Shown here: in pieces, positions 12,627 to 25,121 of the stretch
Position numbering within the stretch: position 1 is the stretch's first letter
Layout: every line of letters begins with the position of its first letter
Assembly: GCF_006345805.1 (NCBI RefSeq)
Contig: NC_043016.1
Coordinates: forward strand, 4,278,001-4,342,000
DNA from: Octopus sinensis
Taxonomy: Eukaryota
Length of the DNA: 64,000 nucleotides
Reading direction: 5' to 3'
Program-made: the position numbers and the translations under genes
The notes under the pieces: model-generated
Seen by the model: the letters and a program-made list of their open reading frames with translations, nothing else
What the model was told of the DNA's origin: nothing
The model's database searches: none

Positions 12627-12858
12627 GTATGTCAGGTGTTTTATTTTTTTGGGGTTATGTTTTGTTTTGAAATGATTTGATTTTAGTTATTTTTTTTTCT
12701 TTTAAATTTTCTCTTGTTTTCTTATGATTATCATCCCCGCCTCTTTGGAAGATAAAATAAACTCAGCCTTATTGAAGAAGAAAAGTAATGTATTTAGAAA
12801 TGGCGTTAATTATTTATTTTTAAATATACATATATATATATGTATATATATATGTGTA

Positions 12859-12895
<37 letters not shown>

Positions 12896-12899
<4 letters not shown>

Positions 12900-12945
12900 A
12901 ACCCATGCTAGCATGGAAAATGGACATTAAGCAATGAGGATGATG

Positions 12946-12948
<3 letters not shown>
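12896..12948 (+). mobile_element. Ultra-short RTE 3' tail fragment
   Basis: CCAACCCATGCTAGCATGGAAAATGGACATTAA followed by (GAT)n, within a (TA)n tract. Confidence 0.8.
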
Positions 12949-12980
<32 letters not shown>

Positions 12981-13149
12981 TACATGCGGGAAAGATTTAG
13001 CACATCTTTATTACTATTTATTATCAATTACAATTGTTTCAACACCATTTCATATAAATAATTCCATGTTAAAAGTTATGTAGTATTAATATTTTCAAAT
13101 GAGTATGTTAGAGTAGCACTTTATCAGACTAGCCTCAAAAGTTGCTCTG

Positions 13150-13197
<48 letters not shown>

Positions 13198-13318
13198 GCC
13201 TTTACTGTTATTTAATGGTGTAATAAAGTATTGATTGGGTATCATCTGATGGTTGATGTTTGATTGATTTAAGTATGTTTTCTCCATTTTCTAATTTTGT
13301 AATATATATATATATATA

Positions 13319-13350
<32 letters not shown>

Positions 13351-13693
13351 GGATGAAAACAGTTTGATTCAAATTCATTGGTACTCCAAGTTTCAAGTGT
13401 GATGCTAATCTCCAGCCATTTTGAATTTGAATGAGAGAAAGTATTACCATAAGGTGGGTTGCGATTGGTTGAGAGAAATCATGCAAGCGACAACAGTTAC
13501 TAGTTTTGATCCATACACTTCTCCACTCACTCAAGTATATATATATATAATGCATTTATACATATACAATGGAATGTTCCACCGGAGACAATTTGTGGCT
13601 GTTTGGTTTTGGTGAATGACCTGCACAGGTGATTTATTCATAGTGATCAATGCTTGTGCTGTACATTACGTCATTCTCTCCATAAAATTAACA

Positions 13694-13879
13694 TTGTCAC
13701 AATGCATTTGCATTGTTTTAGCCTTCGAATGACGCCACCCCGCTAGCTAAGCGAGCAGGCCAACAGAAGAAAGAGTGGTGAAAGAGTACAGCAGGGATCA
13801 CAACGCCCGGTCTGGGAATCGAAACCGCGATCCTGCGACCGCGAGTCCGCTGCCCTAACCACTGGGCCATTGCGCCTCC
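13694..13879 (-). mobile_element. tRNA-derived SINE (group C), internally deleted, young
   Basis: Minus strand GGAGGCGCAATGGCCCAGTGGTTAGGGCAGCGG...GGTTTCGATTCCC with intact A/B boxes and CpGs retained. The head is shared with 59525. Confidence 0.85.
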
Positions 13880-13881
13880 AC

Positions 13882-13883
<2 letters not shown>

Positions 13884-13915
<32 letters not shown>

Positions 13916-15112
13916 CTAGTTTCAGCTTATGAGCTGTGGCCATGCTGGGGCACCGCCATTTGGTGTTGCTACTTGGTTTCACTTCATGGAGGTTTTCTAG
14001 CAACTGCTATTTGGTGCATGAGAGAGTTCGATGCAGCTGCCCTCATCTGCCCCTCCTGCCGTGAAGTTGGTTCATCTGGGACACCTGACAGGAAGAGATC
14101 CAGCTTCATTTTAAGACATCTGTATCCACCCCATGCAGGTCTCTCAGTTCTTCGGAGGATATTGAAGAGCTGTGGGCCTCGAAACCCAGGCTATCACAGA
14201 ATCTTGTCCTACATCTTGATGGCAGGTTTGGAGTCCTAGGCACCACGCAGTGGCGCCCAGTTCTGGCATTTGCGTAACTCTCGATGCCAAAGTTCAGGAC
14301 ACTTCCCTCCAGGATCTTCCAGATGTATATTATGGCATATCTTTCCCGCCTACGCTCCAGGGAATATAATTTTAATCTCTTGAGTCTTTCCCGTAGCTTA
14401 CATTCTGCATAGAGGCTATCTTCTTTGTGTAGCTTCGTTGGATCGCCTCAAGTTCTGTGATCAACTTGACACTGGATGGTGACCATAGCTGAGAGCAATA
14501 GTCAAAGTGGCTTAGGACAAGTGTCTTCCAGAGGACCATCATGGTTTCTTGTTCTCTTGTTCTAAAGGTTCTAAGAATCCATCCAGCCAGCCGTCTACAT
14601 TTCATTGTCAGTTTAGCAACATGTACATGAAAGGTCGCGTCATCACTCATGTGAATACCCAGGTCACGCACTGATTGTGCCTCTGGGATTGCAATCCCTC
14701 CGGGTCCAGTGTATTCATTGGGTATTGCATTCAGTTTTGCTTGAAACTTTCCAGCATTGAACTGCATGCTATTCTTTTCAGCCCACTTGTATATTTCGTC
14801 CAGCTCACATTGCAGGTGTTTAGTGTCCTCAGGGTTCTGTATTGCCTGTGAAACTTTTGTATCATCTGCATAACTTGTGATCGTGGCTCTCTGCGTGGCT
14901 GAGGGCATGTCTGAGAGGGCCATTATGAACAGTAGTGGTCCCAGAACAGTGCCCTGCGGAACACCGCTCACTATTTGTGTGTTAATGGAGGTGGCCCCAT
15001 TGGCTACTACCACCTGACTTCTATCCTTCAGAAAGTCATGAAGCCATTCTCCCAGTTTTCCAACTATGTTGAGATCACGCAGTTTGTGACATATCATTCC
15101 ATGATCGACTTT
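13884..15112 (-). mobile_element. 5'-truncated CR1-clade LINE (RT domain to 3' end, (AATC)n tail)
   Basis: ORF 14372..15232(-) contains KVDHG, GVPQGTVLGP, SYADDTK, VRDLGI, FDYCSQLWSP. After a frameshift it continues LERRRERYAIIYIWKIL. The 3' end is GGCGGTGCCCCAGCATGGCCACAGCTCATAAGCTGAAACTAG(AATC)n. Confidence 0.93.
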
Positions 15113-15136
15113 ATATATATATACATATATATATAC

Positions 15137-15180
<44 letters not shown>

Positions 15181-15373
15181 ATAGATAGATAGATAGATAT
15201 TGTGTAAATATAAATAAATAATAGTGATACAACTTTTGCGTAAAGCATTGAATTTATGTTTAATTACAATAATATAATGAATTGTAATTAAAAGTCATGA
15301 CATACATGCAAAGCTATGTGATACATGCAAAGTGTGTGTATGTATGCATATGTATGTGTGTGTTTATATATAT

Positions 15374-15405
15374 ATGAGCTGAAACTAGAATCAATCAATC
15401 AATCA
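15374..15405 (+). mobile_element. About 30-nt 3' tail fragment of the same CR1 family, opposite orientation
   Basis: ATGAGCTGAAACTAGAATCAATCAATCAATCA inside a (TA)/(TG) tract. Confidence 0.8.
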
Positions 15406-15829
15406 TATATGTGTGTGTGTGTGTATATATGTGTGTGTGTGTATATATATGTGTGTGTGTATATATATATATGTGTGTGTTTATATATATATATGTGTAT
15501 ATATATATGTGTGTGTGTGTATATATATATATATATACGCACATACATATACACACATACACATGCAATATACATACGTCTATATATTATATGAAATCAT
15601 TTGAAGATGGTGGCCCAGCATACTCTCAGTCTCATAGCTAAAATTAGTAAGAGAATATATACGCACACGTGTGTGTGTAGATGTGTGTTTGTGTGTATTT
15701 ATTTGTATGATAAATATGTGTGTATAAATTTGTATGTATATATATATATATATATTTGTATATTCTATATATATCTGTGTGTATGTATATATGTCTGTGT
15801 ATCTGTGTATGTATATATGTATGTATGTA

Positions 15830-15865
<36 letters not shown>

Positions 15866-17875
15866 GCAGATAATTGTGTATATATGAATATATGGGAGAG
15901 AGAGAGCCATAAATCGTAGGGGTATCTGTGCTTCAGGGACCAGGCCATTTAAAATAAAATACTTTCACTCTTAATACTAACTGAAAGGTTAGTATTAAGT
16001 GTGAAGATATTCTATTGGGTTCAGCAGATTGCATTTTGTTGAATTTACAAAGTTAATAAAACTTTTAAGCGTGTGTGTGTGTTGGCATAAAATTTTTTTT
16101 GCTTCACTTGACTTTACCCTTTCTTCAAATTTGAGGCCTTATGCTTATGGTAGAAATTATTTTCCTCCATCTCCATTTATAATTACTATTATTAGCAGTT
16201 TCAAATCCTACTATGGTTGACTGTTTTGTTCTGGAGTTTTATTGTTCGGGTAATGTGGTTATGATAAATATTTGTAACTCCAACCACCCCAGAAAATGTT
16301 TGCTCTTGTGCCTGTGTTGGAAACCATATGAATTCAATTATGCCATTTTGCAGACAATTCTGCCTGTTAAATACTTTTAGAACTGCATGACTGCAAAATA
16401 TGTTTTCTACTGCAAACACATTTTTAAAAAAAATTCATTTTGTTTTTCACAAGTGTGAAAGAAATGAAATGTTGCAAGTTTATAGGTGCAGGCGTGATTA
16501 TGCTGGTGAATTTAATTTGGGGCCATTTAATTTCATGTTTTGTCTGGTCAGTACTTTTAATTGAAATTAGTTACACCTAGCAGAAGCCCTTCAGATACAC
16601 ACACGCACACACAAACACACACACACAACATGAGGTGGTTTTACTCAAGCGTTGTGAGATATGACTTTAGAAAAGGTTGTTGTGAAAGGCTGGAACAATG
16701 CAAGAAGGTACAAAGTAAATTACAAAAGGAAAAGAAAACAGAACTAAATAGTAGTTTTACTTTGTGTTCCTGTATTTTGGGGCGAAGACCCCTTCTTCAG
16801 GACTTTTTGTTTACTTTATACCTTCTTGTATTGTTCTGGTCTTACACAACAACCTTCTTTTAAAATAAATAAATAAATGTCTGTGTGTGTGCGCGCACGT
16901 GTGTGTGTGTGTGTGCGCGCGCATGTGTGTGCGTATATATTTACTATTTACAAAAGAACTGCTAATAGTTTCATGCTCTAGTGATACAATAATTTGGCAG
17001 TGATACAATAACATGCCATGTATTTCAATGCAACTTCTCTGGTTCAGTGCATGTTGTCAAATATATTTAAAAACCAGGATGTTGGTCCATGAGAAAATAA
17101 ACGAGAAGGAAATCATGAAGAACCTTGATGGGTTTCATTCAGTCATTTTCGAATCAGCACATCTCTTTAGGCCAAGTACTTATTGAACTTTGCACAATAT
17201 AAACACAGAGCCCCATATTTTAAAGAGGAGGCAAACATTGAAATGCACACACCATGTGGTAAGGAATAGACTTAAAAGTAATTCCGTGGGTCAATATGAT
17301 TGAGTTGTCTTCAGCATGGCTACAGACGAATAATTAAACTAAGTTAAGGAATAAATGTAAGTTACGAGAAATAAATAAATTCTTCTCAACTGATTTGCTC
17401 TGACAATTAAAAACTAACTGGGGTCTCTCGCTGAAAACTGATTATGCAATTAGCATAGTGAATCTCCTTGTGGAGAGCAAAATTCAAAAACCTCTGGTAA
17501 GGAAGATAATTCCAAAAATATCAGTCACATGAAGAGTTTGGAAAATAAAGATCATGCAAATGGTAGTTCTTACTTTTGAAGCCAGCTGTTGAAAACAGCC
17601 AATATATTTCAGTCTTATTAAACCTCTTCACTATAGCTTACTCTACTCACTTGACAGAATTAAGAAGTGATCAATAGTTTTGGTGGTACACTCATATTGT
17701 CTGGCAAAATTAGATGAGGACAGATTTTTACATTATTTTTATTGCGCATCCTTAGCATTGAACTGTAATAAAGTTATGAAGACAGCTGAATTGGCAAAAA
17801 CTACCAACCTAAGACAACTTAGTAAATTAGGGAGGAAAAAATGCAGTACAACACATTAGTTGTTATTTTTCTGTA

Positions 17876-18090
17876 GTGGCAGAAACATTAGCATGTCAGG
17901 CGAAATGCTTAGAGGTTTGCCGCTACGTTCTGAGTTCAAATTCCGCCGAGGTCGACTTTGCCTTTCATCCTTTCGGGGTTGATAAATTAAGTACCAGTTA
18001 CACACTGGGGTCAATGTAATCGACTTAATTCCTTTGTCTGTCCTTGTTTGTCACCTCTATGTTTAGCCCCTTGTGGGTAGTAAAGAAATC
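17876..18090 (+). mobile_element. Group A SINE with alternative 3' tail
   Basis: Group A head and core, followed by TTGTCTGTCCTTGTTTGTC...TGTGGGTAGTAAAGAAAT; same tail as 27481-27715. Confidence 0.85.
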
Positions 18091-18123
18091 AGTTGTTGTT
18101 TTTCTGTAGTTTTATTTATTTAT

Positions 18124-18490
18124 CGCAGGAGTGGCTGTGTGGTAAGTAGCTTGCTTACCAACCACATGGTTCTGGGTTCAGTCCCACTGCGTGCCACCTT
18201 GGGCAAGTGTCTTCTACTATAGCCTCGAGTTGACCAAATCCTTGTGAGTGGATTTAGTTGACGGAAACTGAAAGAAGCCCGTCGTGTGTGTATGTGTGTT
18301 CGTGTATAAGATTGCATGTTTGTATTTGACAACCGATGCTGGTGTGTTTACATCCCTGTAACTTAGCGGTTCAGCAAAAGAGACCGATAGAATAAGTACT
18401 AAACTTACAAAGAATAAGTCCTGAGATTTGCTCAAGTAAAGGCGGTGCTCCAGCATGGCCACAGTCAAATGACTGAAACAAGTAAATGAG
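18124..18490 (+). mobile_element. tRNA-derived CORE-like SINE (group B, resembling Octopus OR-type)
   Basis: tRNA head TGGCTGTGTGG...GGTTCAGTCCC; core CACCTTGGGCAAGTGTCTT, resembling the MIR core; tail GGCGGTGCTCCAGCATGGCCACAGTCAAATGACTGAAAC. Confidence 0.85.
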
Positions 18491-20212
18491 TATCATTATG
18501 ATGTAATAACATAACTTACAGTTGATCCTATCTGAAAAAATATCATGTTTTTACATTTGTTATTATAATTTATATAATCTTAAAACATATCTTAGTAGAA
18601 TTTTTATCATTTTTCTTCTCTCTCTCCAGGCTGAGTTTATACTTATGCTATGATTATTGTATGCTGTATGGATTATTATTGTTGTTACTTTGAAGTACAG
18701 AATGAAAATTGCAAAATTTATTGTTGTGCAAATGATAGGTGTATTATGCAAAATTGGTCACACAGCTTGATTTTAATGATTGCTTTTGAGCATACACTGT
18801 ATTTGTTTGTTCTTTACCTTTTTTTTCTTTTTCATATTATTGTTTTTGCAGGTTTAGATTTGATTTTATTGTCTTCTGTATCAGCATAGCTTATCGACAC
18901 TAGTTTCCTTTACAACACAACGACTATCTGGTAAAACAGCTTCTATTTCAACTACAGTATTAAGTTTTAGTTATCACTAACGACAAAGGAAACGATAACA
19001 CTAAATCCATACCTATTTCACTATGTTCACTTATATTTTGTAAGAGAATAATGCACTTTATTGAGTTTCAAAATCATTCATCGTACATTTACGACATGTT
19101 TACTCATACTTTAGATTCCACTGTTACAAAATTTGTTGTAGGTATACTATTGATACCAATGAAGTTAGGAAATAAGGTAAAAGTGAATGAAACAGTATGC
19201 AAAGTTTCAAAGAAATGACAGTGACTCTGCCATGACACGGTAATGGTTTCTGTTTAAACACAATCTAAGAAATGAACCGATGTCATTCATCCAAGCTTGA
19301 TGAATTTCTGTAGATGTGACCTTGAATAATGTGAATTTTACATTCTCTCTGCCACCACATATGCATATTGGAGGTGGGAAATATTTAAGCATAAGGTGTG
19401 ACTTATAAACATAAGAGCTATGTTACATATCTATCTCAAGAAAAAGATGAGTCAGTTATTTTATTAATTAATAGGTATGTAATTTATATTAAAATTACCA
19501 TTTCGTTCTTAAAGTTTAAACCATTCTTTCTATATTACTTTTTAAGGACTTTATAAGTGAATGGTCTCAAATTTTAATGGGGCAAAATTTGTTTGCTGTT
19601 TAAAGGTGCCTAGATCTTGTGTGTGAATGAGAAAAGTATTGTGATCTGGTAATCATGTTAGTTTACAATTGTGAAAAAGCTGTGTCCAGGGTGTTATATA
19701 AATGGATTCACATGTATTCTTACATCATAGCCACATGATGTAACAAAGGTGACTTGGTTGTACAAACATGAAATAAAACTGTGTTTGTGTGTATACACAC
19801 ACACACATACAAATATACATAAGTATGTATGTAACACACTGCCTAAATACCAATCTTGGGAAATTAGGCTTCTCAAAACCAGAAAGGAGAAAGCTAATTC
19901 AAAGACTACAGATTCAATCTATCACTGGAACTGTAAAAATCTGTAAAACTTTCCAGAAGTGTATCATTTAAATATATATGAGCATAACTAGTTATGCAAG
20001 TATATGCATGAGAATACATACATAAAGCAAGACATACAAATCTGCATATATACATACATACAAACAAAAATACCCTGTTGTTGATGTTGAAATTCCAGTG
20101 AAGGAGTCTTGGATCTAGGTTAGAAACCAGTTCTTTTTCTGTTGACAAGAAATCTTGAAATAAAACTGAATAACATACATACATATATACATTATATATA
20201 TTATTTATATAT

Positions 20213-20250
<38 letters not shown>

Positions 20251-20430
20251 CCGGAGTAAACACATAAATGTGAAACAAGGTGGAAAAAAGAGTACTCAAA
20301 TACCAGTGGTAGAGTAATTTGCTTTATTTAAAGCAGCAGAAAATTCAACAAAACCTGTTACTCTGAGTTTCACATTCCCGTTAACTCAGAATAACAGGTT
20401 TTGTTGAATTTTCTGCTGCTTTAAGTAAAG
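20251..20430. mobile_element. Probable Penelope pseudo-LTR fragment with fold-back
   Basis: 48-bp arms at 20322-20369 and 20383-20430 with 2 mismatches and a 13-nt loop; flanked by (TA)n. The family assignment rests on recall and on architecture shared with 1-699. Confidence 0.6.
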
Positions 20431-20471
20431 TATATATATATATTATAGATATATATTATTTATATACACAT

Positions 20472-20602
20472 ATATATAAAATATGAATTAGAGATAAAAC
20501 CACTGTTATGCAACTCAACGGTGATAGACATAAACCAATACATAAATAACGAATAATATAAATATAAATAGTGGTTTTATCTCTAATTCATATTTTATAT
20601 AT
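20472..20602. repeat. Inverted repeat, perfect 33-bp arms, 65-bp spacer
   Basis: ATATATAAAATATGAATTAGAGATAAAACCACT at 20472-20504; its reverse complement at 20570-20602. Confidence 0.9.
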
Positions 20603-21473
20603 TTATACTGTGAAATTTGATTTTATACTAAATCGAATTTTTCCCTGTAAGTTTGGAGCTATACTCCCTATTATTATCATTATCATCATATATATATATA
20701 AATATATATATGCAACCATCTACCTTACACACACATACATCTTTAGTGCTGTTCATCCATTTCTTCCTGCACACTTGAAACATCTGATACAGAAGACAAT
20801 GTATAGTAGTAGTAGTTGTGAAATGTGCATTATTGCTTAATATTGAAGAAAATTATCTCTGTTGCCAGTGGTACCATTCCTGTGTTTTTAATACTTCCTG
20901 TTAAAAAAGAAGAGATTTAAAAAATATATGTATATTTTTAAAAAAAAAAACCAAACCCCATAAAATAAAATTCTTTTTGGTGTTGCTGCCGTGACATTCA
21001 CCTTGGTTCCTCCCCTTCCTTTGTCTCTCCCTCTCTCCCAAAACTCACCCTTTTTCCACTGTGAATCTATTTATTTCTGAGTATGCATAGCCTGAAAGAA
21101 ATCAAAAATCAAAAAAAAAAAAGAACTTTCTGCTACTGTTGAAAGCATGTAATGTGTGCTAGGCAGTAGCTGTAAAAAATATTACCTTCTGGGAGTTTTT
21201 TTGTGTGATGGTGGAGATGGTGGAGGGGCTCATCTTTACATTTGTGTGTGATTTTACTTTTCAGGTCTCTTTATTTATTTATTTTTTCTTAGATATCTCT
21301 AACATTGTTTTAGGTCTAGTGGATATGGTAGCTGTTTCATCCATTGTCATGTGAAAATACTTTTTCTCTCTCTGCTCTCATGCATTATCATCATCACCAT
21401 CATTATCACTATTGTCAATGTCCACATCATTGTCACCATTATTATTATTATTATTATTATTATCATTATTATT

Positions 21474-21700
21474 GAAGTTGTGAGCTGGCAGAATCATTAG
21501 CACATCGGACAAAATGCTTAGCAGCATTTCTTTTGACTTATGTTCTGAGTTCAAATTCTACTGAAGTTGACTTTGCATTTCATCCTTTCAGGGTCAGTAA
21601 AATACCTACCAGTTGAACACTGGGATTGGGGTAATGAACTAACCCCTTCCCCAACAAAAAAATTGCAGCACATACACCAAAATTTGAAACCATTTATTAT
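21474..21700 (+). mobile_element. Group A SINE flanked on both sides by (ATT)n
   Basis: TGAGCTGGCAGAATCATTAGCAC...TTCTGAGTTCAAATTC...CATCCTTTCAGGG. Confidence 0.85.
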
Positions 21701-21729
21701 TATTATTATCATCATCATTATCATTATTA

Positions 21730-21760
<31 letters not shown>

Positions 21761-21961
21761 CATTATTATTATTGTTGTTGTTGTCTTGTTTTTGTGTGTA
21801 TGTTTGTGGTTGCTGGGTAGAGGAAGTATGATTAGAGTTGATATTAATTTAAATATTTCATTTTAATATCTTCTAATTCTTTATCTTTTCACTCTTTGAA
21901 GTTACAACTCTTTAAAACAAAAATACTAATAAAAGAAAGAAATTAGTAGTAGTAATAATAA

Positions 21962-21995
<34 letters not shown>

Positions 21996-22152
21996 TACTC
22001 ATGTTGACTTCAATGCATGAGTGTTTGAAAGAAAATGTTCAAAATATATAAATAAAAAGAGAGGATTAAAAAAGAATCTGCATCTATTTGTGATGGATGC
22101 TTGGATGTAATTTGAGTGCAGGTATAATATTAATAGAATAATCACATGAACA

Positions 22153-22197
<45 letters not shown>

Positions 22198-23776
22198 TTA
22201 ATAATAATAATAATCATAGTGATAACAATGATGAATAAAATATATTTTGTTGTTCTTGTCATATGTCACACATAATCTCTAATTAGATTGTTGGTAGAGA
22301 ATGTGTACTTTTTATCAGCTATGTGCTTGCTATAACTGGATTTTCTGTGTGCTAATATTATTACTGTTGGTTTCACTCAGTGCCATTCACTGAAAAGATT
22401 GCTAATCTGAAAGAAGCAGCAGTTATAAAATCAGCATGCTGTTTTGTGTTGTTTTTTTTTTATTACCCTAGTGGCGTACTCATGTGGGTGAAAGGTTCCA
22501 ATCCACTCCATGGCACCTTAAGAAAGTGCCCTCAATTTTATTCTCTTGTTGACCAATCCTAAGTGTATTGTGGGAGATACAAAATATGTGGAAGCTCATT
22601 GCCTGTACCTAAGTATATGTGTGTATGATACACACACACATACGTACATGTTAGTATGTATAATATTTTGACCTGGTAATTGTGTTAGCATAGAATCAGG
22701 AAAGAGCCCAGTGTCAGATACAGTGTGTTATATATCTGGATTTACTGATGTTCTTACATGCTGCCCACATGCTGAAATAATTATGTATGTATCTATTCAT
22801 ACATGCCTACACACACTCATACATATGTCTGTATGTTTGTATTTTTATCTTTGGCAAGAACTTAAGTATACCCTCTATTGTGTAGTAGTCAGTTTTGTAG
22901 ATGGGCTGCCCTTGTATCCCCAGTATGCATGAAGAGGGGAAGGTGGAAACCTAAAGCAGCTGTAGATAGAACTGCTTTCATTGTACAGTTTGAGTTGAGT
23001 TAGCTACAAAAGGAAGTAAGAATCCTAAAAGATGCTGGGCCTCGATTGTCAAGTTTCTTGATACACTGCTTGTAGAATAAGTATAATCATTGTAGTTTAG
23101 TTTTTATACTAAATAATAGAAATAGAATGATATTTTCTTAGATGTATTTTTGGTCTAAATTTCTATATATGTATCTAAGAAATCAGGCGAACTACATGGC
23201 TGCCAGTTGGATGGCATTTTCATATTTCTTTAATTACTGTGTATGCGTGTGTGTATATATATATACACATATATACACTTAATATGTATTGGTGTGTCAT
23301 ATATATGCACTTACGTCTGGCTCAGTCTAACTTCCAAGCACCTACAGCAAGTGTTTTCCACTATGATCTTAGGCAAACCAAAGTTGGGATTTTCTAGATA
23401 GAAATTGATAAAAAGCCAACATACATATATACAAATATATAGTAAAAACAACATGCAGTGAGGAATTCCTAACATAGATCCAGTGAGGATTGTGCAATTA
23501 CTGTGGTTGGTGCCAGGTAGTCATGGGCAGTGAAAGTGCTTTGTCAGCATATTACTGGAGACATACCCAACAAGCAAAGTTTGAATTCAAATTTAAACTT
23601 GAATTCTAAGTTACATATAGTGTGGGTGGCTAATTCACAATTTCACAACCGAAAGGCAGAAATGTATACATCACTAAAGTGACAAAAGGTACTAAATCAG
23701 CAACAGTATTCTGTGAATATGAGTTGTTTTGACTCTTATTTCTAACAATATTGGTGCCCTTTGTCACTTTTGTGAT

Positions 23777-23929
23777 GCATCATCATCATCATCATCATCA
23801 TCATCGTTTAGCGTCCGCTTTCCATGCTAGCATGGGTTGGATGGTTCAACTGGGGTCTGGGAAGCCAGAAGGCTGCACCAGGCCCAGTTTCATCTGGCAA
23901 TGTTTCTACGGCTGGATGCCCTTCCTAAT
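23777..23929 (-). mobile_element. RTE-clade 3' tail fragment
   Basis: (CAT)n then CGTTTAGCGTCCGCTTTCCATGCTAGCATGGGTTGG...GGATGCCCTTCCTAA. Confidence 0.85.
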
Positions 23930-24404
23930 GCATATATATATATATAGCATTCAGTATATGTTATTTAACAAGGGTTTGGGAAAGCATCTTGTATAAATGT
24001 ATAGTGCTAAAAAAGAGTAGAAGCATATGAGGAGCTGGTGGAAAGCAACCAGCTGCAACAGCAGTGGAGTTTCTAAACCCATATTTCAGCTTCTTTGAGT
24101 GTCATCAACAGCAAGTATCCATTGGCAACTGCATGCTTGGACGGATTCAGCTTCTGCTGAAATACAGAACGAGTACTTTACAAATTTCTGGTGTCACAAA
24201 TAGCTGGCAAGCATGATAAAAATTCATTCATTATCAGTATAGAAACAGTGTTCAGTGTGTGTGTTTGTGTATCTGTAATGTTAGTGTGCACAACATATTA
24301 GTGGTAGAGTATTACTGAAAAACTTGATAAAAAAAAAAAGACAACCACATGTAACAAACAGAAGAAAAGCATTCAGTTGTATTGGTATATGACACTTATG
24401 GACA

Positions 24405-25121
24405 ATGAGAGTTTTGTAAAGAAACATTTTACAACCAAAGTGAATGGAATCTGTGAGAGAGGACAACCAAGAAAGTTTTAGAGTTGTGAAGACTGATCTG
24501 AAAATGTTGTATCTCACGAGGGAGATGACAAAGGATCATGCCTGTTGGAGATGTGCAATTCTGGAGAGAACCCAACTATGGAGAAGATCTGGCTAGCTGA
24601 GCATGTTTGGAGAATTGAATTTTTAAAAATGTTGGTCGTAACAAAGGCTGAGAGTCAAGTGTGGGCAATATGTTGTGCTTGAGAAGACGTGTTGAGTTGA
24701 GTGAAATTGTTGGCATGGCCGATGCCAGTACCTCCTGACTGGCACCTGTGCTGGTGGCATGTAAGAAGCCTCATTCAAGTGTGATTGATACCAAAGCCAC
24801 CGGACTGGCTTTTGTGCCAGTGGCATGTGAAAAGCATCATATGAGTGTGGTCAGAGCCAGTGCTGCTTGATTGGTTCCTATGTCAGTGGTAAGCAAAAAG
24901 CACCATTCAAGCCTGGTCGATGCCAGCGTCTCCTGCCTGGCTCCCATGCCGGTGGCATGTAATAAGCACCCACTATACTCTTGGTTAAGAAGGGCATCCA
25001 GCTGTAGAACTTTGCCAGTTCAGACTGGAGCCTGGTGCAGCCTCCTGGCTTCCCAGAACCCGGTCGAACCATCCAACCCATGCCAGCATAGAAAGCGGAC
25101 GTTAAACAATGATGGTGATGA
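24405..25121 (+). mobile_element. RTE-clade 3' end (ORF C-terminal remnant plus 3' UTR with four diverged 66-nt repeats)
   Basis: C-terminal remnant resembles GRPRKTW; repeat starts at 24721, 24787, 24853, 24919; ends GCGGACGTTAAACAATGATG. Confidence 0.75.

Noticed and set aside
17456-17496. Candidate exon ending at TG|gtaagg (also the donor near 32128 and a 13-nt microexon at 32414)
   Set aside because: Weak acceptors or a frame-shifting length; expected by chance in 64 kb.
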